DNA from: Candidatus Latescibacterota bacterium | GTDB taxonomy: Bacteria > Latescibacterota > UBA2968 > SICM01 | DNA: 64,000 nt | Assembly: GCA_965217865.1 (NCBI GenBank) | Contig: CBDCJO010000002.1 | Coordinates: forward strand, 1,184,001-1,248,000 | Direction of reading: 5' to 3' | Shown: piece after piece, positions 29,143-39,832 of the stretch | Layout of the letters: the number at the start of each line of letters is the position of its first letter | Numbering within the stretch: position 1 is the first letter of the stretch | The notes under the pieces: model-generated | Told to the model about the DNA's origin: nothing | Databases searched by the model: none | The model's input: only the letters and a program-made list of their open reading frames with translations | Made by a program: the position numbers and the translations under genes

Positions 29143-30087
29143 TCAGGTTGACCCGGCCGAAACCTGGGAATCCTCACGTCTTATCAACTTCATCGCCCCT
29201 CCGCTTTTAAGCTTCCCCGCCAGTTCCTCTCCAAGCACCTCCGGTTTCTCTACCTCTCCTTCTATGCTGTCCCGGATAAGCCGCTTTCCATCCACCGATG
29301 CAACCGCGGCATCCAGCTTCAGGCGTCCCTCCATGACCCTGCCCCAGGCACCCACAGGGACATCACAACCGCCTCCCAGGCCTTTAAGCAAGGCGCGTTC
29401 AGCCAAAACACCGAGACGAGTATCGTCGTCGTTCAAAACGCCCACATCCCGACGGGTCTGGAAATCGTCCGAACGAATCTCGATCCCGATGGCCCCCTGT
29501 CCTGCATCCGGGAGACAGATCGAAAACGGCAGGCGTTCCGTGATCCGGTCCGCCAGGCCTATCCGGACTAACCCCGCAACGGCCAGGACGATGGCATCCA
29601 GACCCTCCGTCTCAAGCTTGCGGAGACGTGTGTCCAAGTTTCCACGGATCCCTTCAAAACGGAGATCCGCTCTTCGATGAAGGAGCATGGCCTTCCGGCG
29701 CAGGCTCCCGGTTCCGATCTTAGCCCCGACCGGAAGGGTCTCGAATGAACTTGCGTTGCAAGCGATCAGTGCGTCGCGGGGATCTTCACGGGGACTGACG
29801 GCACCGAGATCCAGCCCCTCAGGCAGGTCTGTCGGCAGGTCTTTTAGACTGTGAACCGCAAGATCGACGTCCCCTGCAAGGAGGGCGCGCTCAATCTCCT
29901 TCGTGAAAATCCCCCGACCTTCGAACTGCGAAAGCGGGGCCGCTGGTTCCCGATCCCCTGAAGTCCGGATGACCCTCAGCTCAATCCGTGGATTCTGGAG
30001 GTTTTTCTCCAACGCCCGTTTGGCCCATTCGGCCTGCCACAGCGCCAGACCGCTTCCTCGTGTGCCGATGATCAACCTGCGAGCCAC
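29143..30087 (-). CDS. hemC: Hydroxymethylbilane synthase
   Basis: GTRGSGLALWQ, VHSLKD, RGNLDTRL, GGCDVP. Confidence 0.96.
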   Translation of the reverse strand: MARRLIIGTRGSGLALWQAEWAKRALEKNLQNPRIELRVIRTSGDREPAAPLSQFEGRGIFTKEIERALLAGDVDLAVHSLKDLPTDLPEGLDLGAVSPREDPRDALIACNASSFETLPVGAKIGTGSLRRKAMLLHRRADLRFEGIRGNLDTRLRKLETEGLDAIVLAVAGLVRIGLADRITERLPFSICLPDAGQGAIGIEIRSDDFQTRRDVGVLNDDDTRLGVLAERALLKGLGGGCDVPVGAWGRVMEGRLKLDAAVASVDGKRLIRDSIEGEVEKPEVLGEELAGKLKSGGAMKLIRREDSQVSAGST

Positions 30088-30100
30088 AGATCCTCCTTAG

Positions 30101-31626
30101 CAGCCTGTTGAAAAAGTGCGTTTATGCCAAGATGACTGTTGTCTTTCCTTGTGGTTTGGTCCTATGATATATCAGGTTCAAACTGAGAAGGGAGGACGAG
30201 CAAATGGCAATGGGAAAACGAGGACGACAGAGACAGGAAAACCTGTTCATCGCATCGAACACTTTGGTGAAATCTCCGGGTCATCCGTTCTACGAGAAGC
30301 TGAATCAGGTATTGGGGGCGAACGGCTTCGACGAGTTCGTCGAGGGGCTTTGCCAGCGGTATTACGCTCCTCATATGGGTCGCAAGGGCATTCCGCCCGG
30401 GGTTTATTTTCGGATGCTTTTGATTGGGTATTTCGAGGGACTTGATTCGGAACGTGGGATCGAATGGCGTGTATCTGACTCGCTGACGTTGCGCCGGTTT
30501 TTGGGGTATGCCCTTGACGAACAGACCCCGGATCATTCCAGCCTGTCTCGCATCCGGCATCGGCTTCCCTTGGAAGTTCACGAAGCGGTTTTCAAGTGGA
30601 TCCTGAGGGTCTTGTGCAAAGCGGGTCTGGTGAAGGGGAAGACGTTGGGCGTGGATGCTACGACACTGGAGGCCAACGCCGCGATGCGCAGCATTGTACG
30701 CCGTGACACGGGTGAAGGCTACCAGGCATTCCTTGAGAATCTGGCCAAGGCCTCGGGCATTGAAACGCCTACCCGCGAGGACTTGTCCAAGATCGATAAG
30801 AAGCGACCGAAGAAGGGATCGAACCAGGACTGGGAGCACCCGCACGACCCGGATGCCAAGATCGCTAAGATGAAGGACGGTCGCACGCACATGGCGCACA
30901 AGGTGGAGCACGCGGTGGATCTGGACACCAATGCCATTGTGGCAGTGGCGTTGTCGGGAGCAGATGAAGGAGATACCGAGTCGTTGCCCTGGACGCTGCT
31001 CGAGGCGCCGCTCAATCTCAAGCAGGTCGCGAAGGACGAAAAAGCTGCCAAACGTTTGCACAGACAGCGTATACGGGAGGTGGTTGCGGACAAAGGATAT
31101 CATAGCAACGATGTATTGACCAGTCTGAAGCAAGGCGGCATCCGGAGTTACATTTCAGAACCGGATCGGGGACGCCGCAAGTGGAACGGCCGACGAGATG
31201 AGCAGGCCGCGGTATATGCGAATCGACGCCGGATCAAGGGAGATCGCGGCAAGGCCTTGCGCCGAAGTCGTGCAGAACGGGTGGAAAGAACCATCGCTCA
31301 CACATATGATACCGGTGGCATGCGCAGGTTGCACTTGAGAGACCGCGGCAATATCCTCAAGCGTTTGCTGATCCACATCGGGGGCTGCAACCTGGCTCTG
31401 CTCATGCGCAAAGTGATGGGCGTAGGTACTCCGAAGGCCCTCCAGGACCTGGCCAAGGCCTTGCAGCGTCTACTGCTCGTCCTACAATCACGTTTGCTGC
31501 CCTCGGTTACCTTTTTAACCTCTTATCAGCGTCTCCTGCTCAATCTCCTTACCTTGATTTATCTGACCCGCACTCCAGGCGTCTTTTCCGTTTATGTGCG
31601 TTGAAAGGTAGTTCTTCAACGGGCTG
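30101..31626 (+). mobile_element. IS1182-like (DUF772/DDE) insertion sequence
   Basis: IRs CAGCCTGTTGAAAAA / CAGCCCGTTGAAGAA with 4-bp TSD TTAG (30097-100, 31627-30). Confidence 0.88.
30204..31604 (+). CDS. DDE transposase
   Basis: PDHSSLSRIR, VDAT, ADKGY, RAERVER. Confidence 0.92.
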   Translation: MAMGKRGRQRQENLFIASNTLVKSPGHPFYEKLNQVLGANGFDEFVEGLCQRYYAPHMGRKGIPPGVYFRMLLIGYFEGLDSERGIEWRVSDSLTLRRFLGYALDEQTPDHSSLSRIRHRLPLEVHEAVFKWILRVLCKAGLVKGKTLGVDATTLEANAAMRSIVRRDTGEGYQAFLENLAKASGIETPTREDLSKIDKKRPKKGSNQDWEHPHDPDAKIAKMKDGRTHMAHKVEHAVDLDTNAIVAVALSGADEGDTESLPWTLLEAPLNLKQVAKDEKAAKRLHRQRIREVVADKGYHSNDVLTSLKQGGIRSYISEPDRGRRKWNGRRDEQAAVYANRRRIKGDRGKALRRSRAERVERTIAHTYDTGGMRRLHLRDRGNILKRLLIHIGGCNLALLMRKVMGVGTPKALQDLAKALQRLLLVLQSRLLPSVTFLTSYQRLLLNLLTLIYLTRTPGVFSVYVR

Positions 31627-31669
31627 TTAGGCCTTTCACCGGCCGTCTCCCCCATCACGGTCGTCGTTT

Positions 31670-31726
31670 TTTCCTTTTTCATCTTTCATTTTTCATCTTT
31701 CATTTTGCATCTTTCATTTTGCATTT
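31670..31726. repeat. Heptamer array overlapping hemA 3' end
   Basis: tttcatc/tttcatt/ttgcatc units, translated as MQNERCKMKDEK. Confidence 0.65.
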
Positions 31727-32999
31727 TTCTCCCTCCCCCCTCCTCTCCGAGCCCGAACAGATGCCGAATAGCGTGAACGTGAAGCATACCGTCTCCCGCA
31801 TCGGCGGCTTCCTTCAGTCGGGTGACCGGATCGTGAAGGAGTTTGTTCGCGTAGCCCCTCAAAAGGGAGTGGACTTTCTGTTGCTGCTCTTCAGAAAATC
31901 CCGTCAGCTTTACGCGCGCCAATTCCGCCTTCATAATCGCCTCGAACTGCTCCCGAAGAGTCACAATGGTCGGCTTGACATCCAGACTGTTTAACCACGA
32001 TGAGAAGGCCTTGGCCTGTTCCTCGATGATGGTGTTAACTTTCGAGGATTCCCGTTCCCGTTTCGCCAGGTTGATCCCGACGACCGATTGAAGGTCGTCG
32101 ATGTTATACAGAAAGACGTTGTAGAGACTCCCCACCTCCGGCTCGATATCTCTCGGCACCGCGATATCGATCAAAAACATCGGATCGTTGCGGCGGCGCT
32201 GCATGGCCTCCACAACCGCATCCCGACGGAGAATGGGGTGCGGGGCCCCCGTAGAACTGATGACGACGTCCACCTCGTGAAGCCTTTCCAAGGCCCCCCC
32301 GAACGCCACGGCTTCTGCCCCGATCCGATCGGAAAGCTCCCTTGCCCTTTCGGTGGTGCGACTGGTCACACGAAGCGACCGGATTCCGTTGGCCACCAGA
32401 TGCCTTGCGGTCAATTCGCTCATCTCACCCGCCCCGATGACCAGGGCGGTGTGACCCTTCAAATCTCCGAAGATTTTCTTTGCCAGTCCTACCGCCGCGT
32501 AGGGGACAGATACCGCCCCCGCCCCGATCTCCGTCTCGGTTCGGGCTCTTTTGGATGTCTCAGCCGCCATCTGGAACAGACGGTTCAGGACGACACCAGC
32601 CGCTTCGCTGTTGAGGGCTGCGGCGTGGGCATCCTTGACCTGTCCCCCTATCTGAGGCTCACCTACAATCATGGAGTCCAGGCCGGCGGCCACCCGGAAA
32701 ACGTGACGGACGGCTTCCCCCTCGCGCAGGAAGAATAAGTGACCCTCGAGCTCGGTTCGGGGTTGTCCGTGGAAATCGCAGAGCCGCGCGATGACTTTGT
32801 CGCTTGCCGTCTCCGGGTCATCGGCGACGACATAGATCTCGGAGCGGTTGCAGGTGGAGAGGATCACGCATTCCCGGACATCCGAATCCTCACGAAATCC
32901 GGATAAAGCCCGGTCGAGGTTCTGCGCCGTGAAAGCAACCCGGTCCCGAACATCCACCGGGGCCGTATGATGGCTAAGGCCGACGACGAGGATAGACAA
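31686..32999 (-). CDS. hemA: Glutamyl-tRNA reductase
   Basis: GLSHHTAP, LSTCNRSE, GEPQI, GAGEM, DIAVPRDI. Confidence 0.96.
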   Translation of the reverse strand: MSILVVGLSHHTAPVDVRDRVAFTAQNLDRALSGFREDSDVRECVILSTCNRSEIYVVADDPETASDKVIARLCDFHGQPRTELEGHLFFLREGEAVRHVFRVAAGLDSMIVGEPQIGGQVKDAHAAALNSEAAGVVLNRLFQMAAETSKRARTETEIGAGAVSVPYAAVGLAKKIFGDLKGHTALVIGAGEMSELTARHLVANGIRSLRVTSRTTERARELSDRIGAEAVAFGGALERLHEVDVVISSTGAPHPILRRDAVVEAMQRRRNDPMFLIDIAVPRDIEPEVGSLYNVFLYNIDDLQSVVGINLAKRERESSKVNTIIEEQAKAFSSWLNSLDVKPTIVTLREQFEAIMKAELARVKLTGFSEEQQQKVHSLLRGYANKLLHDPVTRLKEAADAGDGMLHVHAIRHLFGLGEEGGGRKMQNERCKMKDEK

Positions 33000-33095
33000 G
33001 GGGTTACCGCCTTTTCCAACTGATTCGTTGGATTGCAAGCGGAGAAGACAAAGAGATGCTTTTGTGGAGAAAAAATCTGGCGCTGCGGCTTAAGG

Positions 33096-33923
33096 TCAAT
33101 TCGCAAACGAATGTTTCCCCGGAAAGAAGATTCCGACGACCGGGAAGGTGAACAGGACCAATGTAAATCCAACGATCGAGAAGAAAGCCGCCCGTTTCCC
33201 CCCCCAACCGGCGACCAGACGGGCGAACAGATGGCCCGCATAGATGAACCAGGCGATCAGGGCACCCGCAAATGCGGGTTCATCCCATACCCACGGACGG
33301 CCGAGGGCCTGATGGGCCCACATCGAACTGGCGAAGAGGCCGAGGGACAAAAAGACAAGGCCGAACGAGGCTGCCCGCCCGTTGATCTGATCCAGCGTTT
33401 GAAGGGAAGGGAGTCGTTTATAAAAAAACCCGAGGTGTTTGGTTTGAATCTCTCCCAGAAGAAACACATACATCACCGAACTGACCCATGAAATGGAAAA
33501 TGCAGTATAGGCGAGAATGTTTGAAAAAACGTGGGTCTCGAACCACCTCCCCCTTGTCAAAAGCTGGAGGGGCACATCCAGCTGACCAAACCCGAAGGAG
33601 GCGAAGCCGTGGAGGATGGTTACGATTGGTGCGACCAAGGCGCCCAGGGCCCGGTCTTTCGTGCTGATCTCCAGATAGACGTAGACGACGACAAGGAGCC
33701 AGGCACACGTGGACAGGACCTCAGGGGTGTTCGCTAGGGGGGCTCGACCGGTGGAGATCGTCCGCCAGCTCAGGAGCAAGGTGTGAATCCCCCAACCTGC
33801 GATGAGGACCGCGGTGGCGGTGCGTCCCACCGGATCCCTCCTCCTCCTGAAGTGGGCGGCATAGAGCGCAGACGCCCCGGCATAGGTGAGTGGGATCAAT
33901 ATGAGAAGCAAGTTCTGGTTCAT
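33096..33923 (-). CDS. Cytochrome c assembly protein family (CcsA/HemX-like)
   Basis: Multi-TM, LPSLQTLD, WVWD, directly upstream of hemA. Confidence 0.85.
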   Translation of the reverse strand: MNQNLLLILIPLTYAGASALYAAHFRRRRDPVGRTATAVLIAGWGIHTLLLSWRTISTGRAPLANTPEVLSTCAWLLVVVYVYLEISTKDRALGALVAPIVTILHGFASFGFGQLDVPLQLLTRGRWFETHVFSNILAYTAFSISWVSSVMYVFLLGEIQTKHLGFFYKRLPSLQTLDQINGRAASFGLVFLSLGLFASSMWAHQALGRPWVWDEPAFAGALIAWFIYAGHLFARLVAGWGGKRAAFFSIVGFTLVLFTFPVVGIFFPGKHSFAN

Positions 33924-34010
33924 TTTCCACCTGACGCAAACAAGGGGGTCAGGATCCTGGGTTTGGTCTCCGCCAAGCCTATAGAATCCCACCCCCACGC
34001 CCGTCTAATC

Positions 34011-35227
34011 CTATCCCGATATGTAATCTGCTATGTCGACGTCGTATTTCTTGGGATCATCCGCTTCGACAATCGTTCGTTCCTCACCCCCCGTCGTCTC
34101 ATAAAGATCCGCCACGAACATACTGGAACGACGTTTTCCGAACCGCGTGAAGATAACCCCGATCTTCGGTTTGAGAGAGTCCAGTGGATTGGTCTCTACC
34201 ACGACGCCCATCTCTCCGGTATTCAGCTTCACAAAACTCCCCATCGGGTAGATCCCCAGGTTTTTAATGAAAAAGTCCACCACCTTCTCATCGAACTCCC
34301 TGCCCCTCCCGTCGAACACGTGTCGTAGGGCGATATAGGGGGGGAGACCCGGCTTATACGGGCGGGGCGAAGTCAGGGCATCGTAGATGTCGGCCACAGC
34401 CGCCATGCTCCCGAAAGGGTGCATCTGATCCCCCGTCAGCCCTCGTGGGTAACCGCTTCCGTTCACCTTCTCGTGATGCTGTCCCGCGATCGCGATGGCC
34501 TCCTCCGGCATGTTCCCCATATCCTTCAGGATCTCTTCGCTGAGCAGGGGATGGCTCATGATGATCTTCCGCTCTTCAGGGGTCAAGGGACCTGGTTTGT
34601 CGAGGATTTCCAGGGGGATCTTGGACTTGCCGATGTCGTGAAGAAGTCCCCCCACCCCGATCACCTCCGCCTCCTCCTCACTCACCCCTGCGGAATGGGC
34701 GATCGCCAGGGTCAGGATACTGACATTGACGGAGTGGGTGTAGGTATGCTCGCTGTAGTTTTTGAGCGTCGTCAGGCTGAGCAGCGCATCCACATTTCGG
34801 AAGACGCTTCCGGTAAGGGTCTTTGAAGCGAGCTGGACCTTCTTCGTATCGATGCTCTGTCCCGTGGCCGCATTGCCCATAAACTCCTTGACGACCTGAA
34901 TGGAGGCCCCCCGAATCTTACGAGCAACCTTTATCTCCTCCTTGAAGAACTCCTTTCTGCCCGGGGGGGCTTTTGAGCCTGCGGCATCTTGATGACCGGC
35001 GCCGGGGCATCCACCTGCTTGCCTCCGGCCACATCCTTCCCCTTCGAGGTGTCGATCACCACCTCTTTCAGGCCGGCTTCCTGCAACCGTCTGATCTGGT
35101 TCTCTGAGGTAAGCAGGATGCCTTTCCCCAGGAGAAGAACCTTTTTGTTCCCGCCCGTGGAATCCTTCACATCCACTTCCATGTACATCCCGACCTGAAG
35201 CTTGGAAAGGGATATCTTCTTCTTCAC
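34011..35227 (-). pseudogene. HD-GYP c-di-GMP phosphodiesterase with DUF3391-like N-terminus, frameshifted in a C7 tract
   Basis: KKISLSKLQVGMY in one frame; HSVNV, LHDIGK, HHE...GSGYP, RPYK in another; frames meet near 34963-34969. Confidence 0.82.
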
Positions 35228-35344
35228 GCGGAATCCGATCGATTTTCCCGACCCATCGGTGTCCTCCCTCCACACCCGATAACCACAGATTTTAAATTAC
35301 ATAAAACAGGAGAAGGAATCAATTGAAATCCCGAAAAATTCGGG

Positions 35345-36535
35345 TCAGACGGGGACTATCTTTCCCAGGATCACCCCACGGGAGGCCCCCGTGACCCGGG
35401 GAAGATTTCCCGGGTTTCCGAAAAGGGTTTCGTTGGCCAGAATGGCGAAAGCCAGGGCTTCTTTTGCCTCGGCGGAGACCCCGAGCTCATCGATGGACCG
35501 TATTCTGAGGTCCGGCATCCCATCTCGCAGGCTCTTCATCATCGCGGTGTTGTGGACGCCCCCCCCGCTCACGATCACCTCCTGGACCGGTTCCCGGACA
35601 TGACGACTCAACCCGTCAGAGATGCACGCCGACGTGAAAGCCGTGGCCGTGGCCACTGCATCCGCGTCGGATATCCCCATATCCCGGGCTTTCACGAGAT
35701 ATGCGTCCGCATACGCGATCCCGAACGTCTCCCTTCCGGTCGATTTGGGTGGCGGAATATCCAGGAACGGATGCCCCATCATCTCCGCAAGAAGGCCGGA
35801 ATGAACGCGACCTGTCCGGGCCATCTCCCCATCCCGATCAAAGGCAACGCGCCCATCGCTGATTCGATCGATCAGCCGGTCCCCGATCATGTTTCCGGGC
35901 CCAAGGTCAAAACCAAAGACGCCGTTCGAAAGGCAGCCGGCCGGGAGAATCGTCGCGTTCGCGATGCCTCCGATGTTAAGCATGACCCGTCCCGCCCCTT
36001 CCGACCGGAACAGCAGGTAGTCGGCCAGGGAGACGAGAGGCGCACCCTGGCCCCCGGCTGCCGCGTCCCGAACCCGAAAGTCCGCGATCGTGACAATACC
36101 TGTCCTCTCGGCGATCACGCAGGGATCGCCGATTTGCAACGTGGATCGGATCGGATACCCGTGCATCCGGGTGGGATCCGGAAGGTGGTGAACCGTCTGT
36201 CCGTGAGAGCCGATCAGATCGATATCGGCCAGGGAACATCCAGCCCTTTGCCCGACGCTTCGAACGGCCTCCGAGAACCACTCCCCAAGCACGAAATTCA
36301 TCCTGCAAACCTGCTCGACAGTCCCGGTCCTCCCGTCGCACAGGGTCAATACATCCGTCTTCAGGTCGGGCGGATACGGAAGGCAGTCGAAAGCGATCAG
36401 GCGTGCATGGGTGTCAAGGCCGGAACCGGCGATTTCGGCCAGCGCGGCATCGATCCCGTCGGCGGATGTCCCGGAGATCAAACCCACGATAAGCCTGCTT
36501 GGTTTCTCCGCGATGCGAAGCAGGCGATGTGTCAT
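35345..36535 (-). CDS. anmK: Anhydro-N-acetylmuramic acid kinase
   Basis: GLISGTSADG, GSHGQT, GGQGAPL, NIGGIAN, KSTGRE. Confidence 0.95.
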   Translation of the reverse strand: MTHRLLRIAEKPSRLIVGLISGTSADGIDAALAEIAGSGLDTHARLIAFDCLPYPPDLKTDVLTLCDGRTGTVEQVCRMNFVLGEWFSEAVRSVGQRAGCSLADIDLIGSHGQTVHHLPDPTRMHGYPIRSTLQIGDPCVIAERTGIVTIADFRVRDAAAGGQGAPLVSLADYLLFRSEGAGRVMLNIGGIANATILPAGCLSNGVFGFDLGPGNMIGDRLIDRISDGRVAFDRDGEMARTGRVHSGLLAEMMGHPFLDIPPPKSTGRETFGIAYADAYLVKARDMGISDADAVATATAFTSACISDGLSRHVREPVQEVIVSGGGVHNTAMMKSLRDGMPDLRIRSIDELGVSAEAKEALAFAILANETLFGNPGNLPRVTGASRGVILGKIVPV

Positions 36536-36614
36536 GTCCTGTCACTCCGGGGAAGGCGATAGACGGGGGCACCATTCGAATGCGACAGCCCCCCTGAACC
36601 ACGATGCCCATTTG

Positions 36615-36655
36615 CGGTTTTCCATTTTCCACTTTTCACTTTCCACTTTTCATTT
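36615..36655. repeat. Heptamer array
   Basis: tttccat/tttccac/ttttcac units. Confidence 0.6.
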
Positions 36656-36659
36656 CCCT

Positions 36660-38066
36660 TTATACATGAATCGCTTTCCCTTCTGTCCCGAGCGCGGCTT
36701 CAACGATGGCCTCGTGAAGCGTGGGATGGGCGTGGATCGTCCTGCCCAGCTCCGATGTGGTGGCCTCCAGTCCACGGGCAAGGACGATTTCGGCAATCAT
36801 CTCCGCGGCGTCCGAACCGACGATGTGAGCGCCCAGGATCTCGCCGTACTTGGCATCCACCACCAGTTTGACCATCCCCTCCTGTTCGCCGGAAACCAGG
36901 GCCTTTCCGAGCGATCGAAACGGAAACCGACCCACCTTGATATCGTGTCCTTGGGACACCGCGGCTTCCTCCGTCAGCCCCGTAGAGGCGACCTGAGGCT
37001 GGGAATACACGCAGTTCGGGATGTTTGAATAGTCGAGACGGGCGTCCTCCTCCCCTTTCATCCGCTCAACGGCAACCACCCCCTCTGCAGTAGCGACGTG
37101 GGCCAGGAGGGGGGTCTGAATCACGTCCCCCACCGCATAAATACCCTCTGAAGAGCACCGATAGTTTTCATCCACGCTAATGAAACCGCGGTCCGTCTCC
37201 ACGCCCACTTCCTCCAGGCCCACCTCCCCCGTAAAGGGACCGCGTCCCAGGGCGACCAGGATCCTCTCGGCCTTGATCGAGTCTGAGCCCGATTCGGAAG
37301 AGACCGTCGCAATGACCCCGTCCCCATCCGGCGCCACCCCATCCACTTTCGTTCCCGCCCTGATCGTGACCCCGATCCGCCTTAGGGATTTTGCCAGCAA
37401 GTCGGCCGCCTCCCGGTCCTCCTCGGGGAGGATCGAGGGCAGCATCTCAATCATCGTGATCTCGACGCCGAAAACCGCCAGAAGATATGCGAACTCCACG
37501 GCGATCACGCCCCCGCCCAGGATCAACATCGACTTTGGAAGCGACTCCATCACCATGGCCTCTTTGCTCGTGATCACCCGTTCTCCATCGGGCTCGATCC
37601 CCGGGATCGTCCTCGGCTTCGAGCCTGTGGCGATAACGATCCGCGGAGCCTTCAAATCCTGTAACCCATTCCCCTCCTCATCCGAAACCATCACCGTTTT
37701 TTTTTGTGAGAGTCGACCGTGACCGTTGAACGTCATCACCCCGTTCTTTTTCATCAAATATTCGAGCCCCTTTGTCAGCTTCGATACCGCATCACGACTC
37801 CGTTTGACCGCCGAAGAAAAGTCGGCCTTCAACACCCCGCACGAAATCCCGAATTCATCCCCCCTCTTGAACAGCGAGAACACCTCCGCGTTGCGGATAA
37901 GCGATTTGGTAGGAATGCATCCCCAGTTCAGGCACGTGCCGCCAACCCGTTCCCGCTCCACCACGGCCACTTTCATGCCGAGTTGTCCGGCTCTTATCGC
38001 CGCGGCATAACCGCCGGGCCCTCCTCCGATGACGATGAGATCAAAATCGGACGGTGGCATTTGCAT
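36660..38066 (-). CDS. lpdA: Dihydrolipoyl dehydrogenase
   Basis: GGGPGG, GGTCLNWGCIP, HAHPTLHE. Confidence 0.96.
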   Translation of the reverse strand: MQMPPSDFDLIVIGGGPGGYAAAIRAGQLGMKVAVVERERVGGTCLNWGCIPTKSLIRNAEVFSLFKRGDEFGISCGVLKADFSSAVKRSRDAVSKLTKGLEYLMKKNGVMTFNGHGRLSQKKTVMVSDEEGNGLQDLKAPRIVIATGSKPRTIPGIEPDGERVITSKEAMVMESLPKSMLILGGGVIAVEFAYLLAVFGVEITMIEMLPSILPEEDREAADLLAKSLRRIGVTIRAGTKVDGVAPDGDGVIATVSSESGSDSIKAERILVALGRGPFTGEVGLEEVGVETDRGFISVDENYRCSSEGIYAVGDVIQTPLLAHVATAEGVVAVERMKGEEDARLDYSNIPNCVYSQPQVASTGLTEEAAVSQGHDIKVGRFPFRSLGKALVSGEQEGMVKLVVDAKYGEILGAHIVGSDAAEMIAEIVLARGLEATTSELGRTIHAHPTLHEAIVEAALGTEGKAIHV

Positions 38067-38258
38067 CTCTCCTCAAAATATTTCAATGGATGAATCACGA
38101 GGATGACGATGATGTCAGCGCTCCCCAACCTCGATCGGACCTTCAATACATGAGGATGGCTAAACGGGGAAGAAAAGGCAGGCTTGGTGCCAGGACGCGG
38201 ATGCGGGTCGAATTGAGACCCGACCCTTTTTTACCCTGAATCCCCTCTGGAAAAACGG

Positions 38259-39386
38259 TCAACCGACAGGTAGGCTTTCAGTTTTGATTTGAGCCATGTC
38301 CTTTTCCGGCCGACCATATTGCTGAAAGAGTCGTCCCCATTCGGTCGAAAGGAATTCCCGGATGATGGGTTTGCCCACGATGGGGTACCAGAAGAAATCG
38401 TGGTAGAGATTGGAGGCGAAGGGTGCCCATACGACAAGGGGTGAATGGAGCAGAATCCCCTCGAAGGGACGTAGAACGCCCTTCCGGATCATCTGATCCC
38501 CGAAGATGACAAGGCTTCGCTTTGACTTGAAATGGAAATCCACCTCCGCTATGTCGACCCCCACCACCTCGATGTTTCGGGGATCACCCACCCCCAATCC
38601 TCGCTCGTCGCACATTCGGATGTAGGGAATGGACATCGGATCGAATCCCATCATCCGCGCAGCGATCGCGTCGATGGCGACCGAATCCGAACTGGCCAGG
38701 ATGAAGTTCTTGATCTTCGGTTCCATCGTCCGGGGACCCGCACCGTCTCCGCAGACCGTCCCATCCATGACCGCAAAGATGCCCGGGTGGATTTCCGTTT
38801 GCATGATCATCAGATCGACCATGACCTCGTGAATGTTCTTATGCGCGTAGTGCCGGACCTCCTTGAGCAGCCCTCCAAATGCATTCTTGATCGCCCCGGT
38901 GGTGGTGGTGTGGCCGTGCGTCTTAACGGTCGGAAGATGAACGACCTGCTTCCCGATGAACATCTTGGGTATCTCAATCCCGTCCGGAAAAATCTTGTCC
39001 ACCATCATCAGATCGCCTTTGAATTCGTAGCGTTCCCACGCCACCTCCGGAAGCGGGATAAACGGCAACCCGTAACGTTCAAGAACCGGGGACCATTGGT
39101 TTTCCAGAGCCCCCTGGCGGGGATCGGTCACCACGGTCTTGTTCTCGACCGGAAAGAGACGGTTTACCGCAAAACCATCTTCGATCAGAGTCTTCAAGAC
39201 ACCTTCCAACTGCCAGGGTTGGGTCGAACAGGCAGGGAAGTACTTCGTCCACGAGAGGTTCAGCTTGACCACGGTATCCAGGTCAGGCGAGATCGCCTCC
39301 CGATAACCCGCGAGGGCCATGACCTCACGATAGTCCTCCAGAACGGTCTCGGGCCTCGTGTTGATCACAGCGACTTTTCCGGGCAT
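38259..39386 (-). CDS. DUF362 domain protein
   Basis: KLN, HLPTVKTH, GAIKNAFG, GAGP, DSVAID. Confidence 0.8.
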   Translation of the reverse strand: MPGKVAVINTRPETVLEDYREVMALAGYREAISPDLDTVVKLNLSWTKYFPACSTQPWQLEGVLKTLIEDGFAVNRLFPVENKTVVTDPRQGALENQWSPVLERYGLPFIPLPEVAWERYEFKGDLMMVDKIFPDGIEIPKMFIGKQVVHLPTVKTHGHTTTTGAIKNAFGGLLKEVRHYAHKNIHEVMVDLMIMQTEIHPGIFAVMDGTVCGDGAGPRTMEPKIKNFILASSDSVAIDAIAARMMGFDPMSIPYIRMCDERGLGVGDPRNIEVVGVDIAEVDFHFKSKRSLVIFGDQMIRKGVLRPFEGILLHSPLVVWAPFASNLYHDFFWYPIVGKPIIREFLSTEWGRLFQQYGRPEKDMAQIKTESLPVG

Positions 39387-39421
39387 GGCGTTCCTCTTTC
39401 AGGGGGGTTGAATGAATGGGC

Positions 39422-39832
39422 CTATGTTTGAACCCGCTCCTGCGCGCTCTCCTCCTCGTCAGGTTCCGTTTCGGCCTCCCCTCGGCGAACCCCACCCTCT
39501 CGCACCTCCTGTTCAAGGAGCGCTACGGATTGCGTAAGCCGTTTGATCCGACCGGCCATTTTGGAAATCTGGACCGTGAGGAAGACCATGAAGAAGAAGA
39601 TAAAGGCCAGGCTGAAAAGTGTAAGAATCGAAGTGGGCTGTCTCGCTCCCATCAAGAACGTAAGCCGGAAAAGGAGCCACTTCCATCCGACCACGACGAG
39701 CACTCCGGCCGTGAGGAGCAGCCACAGCAATCCATATTCGACGTTTAACCGCCGCCGCCGTAGGAGATCGAACGTGAACGCTCCGAAAAGGACGGCGATC
39801 ACGAGGATGAGCGCCTGATTATAACCGCTCAC
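39422..39832 (-). CDS. DUF2304-like membrane protein
   Basis: RRRRL...YGLLWL, C-terminal coiled coil IKRLTQSVAL; follows GT2 gene. Confidence 0.8.
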   Translation of the reverse strand: MSGYNQALILVIAVLFGAFTFDLLRRRRLNVEYGLLWLLLTAGVLVVVGWKWLLFRLTFLMGARQPTSILTLFSLAFIFFFMVFLTVQISKMAGRIKRLTQSVALLEQEVREGGVRRGEAETEPDEEESAQERVQT

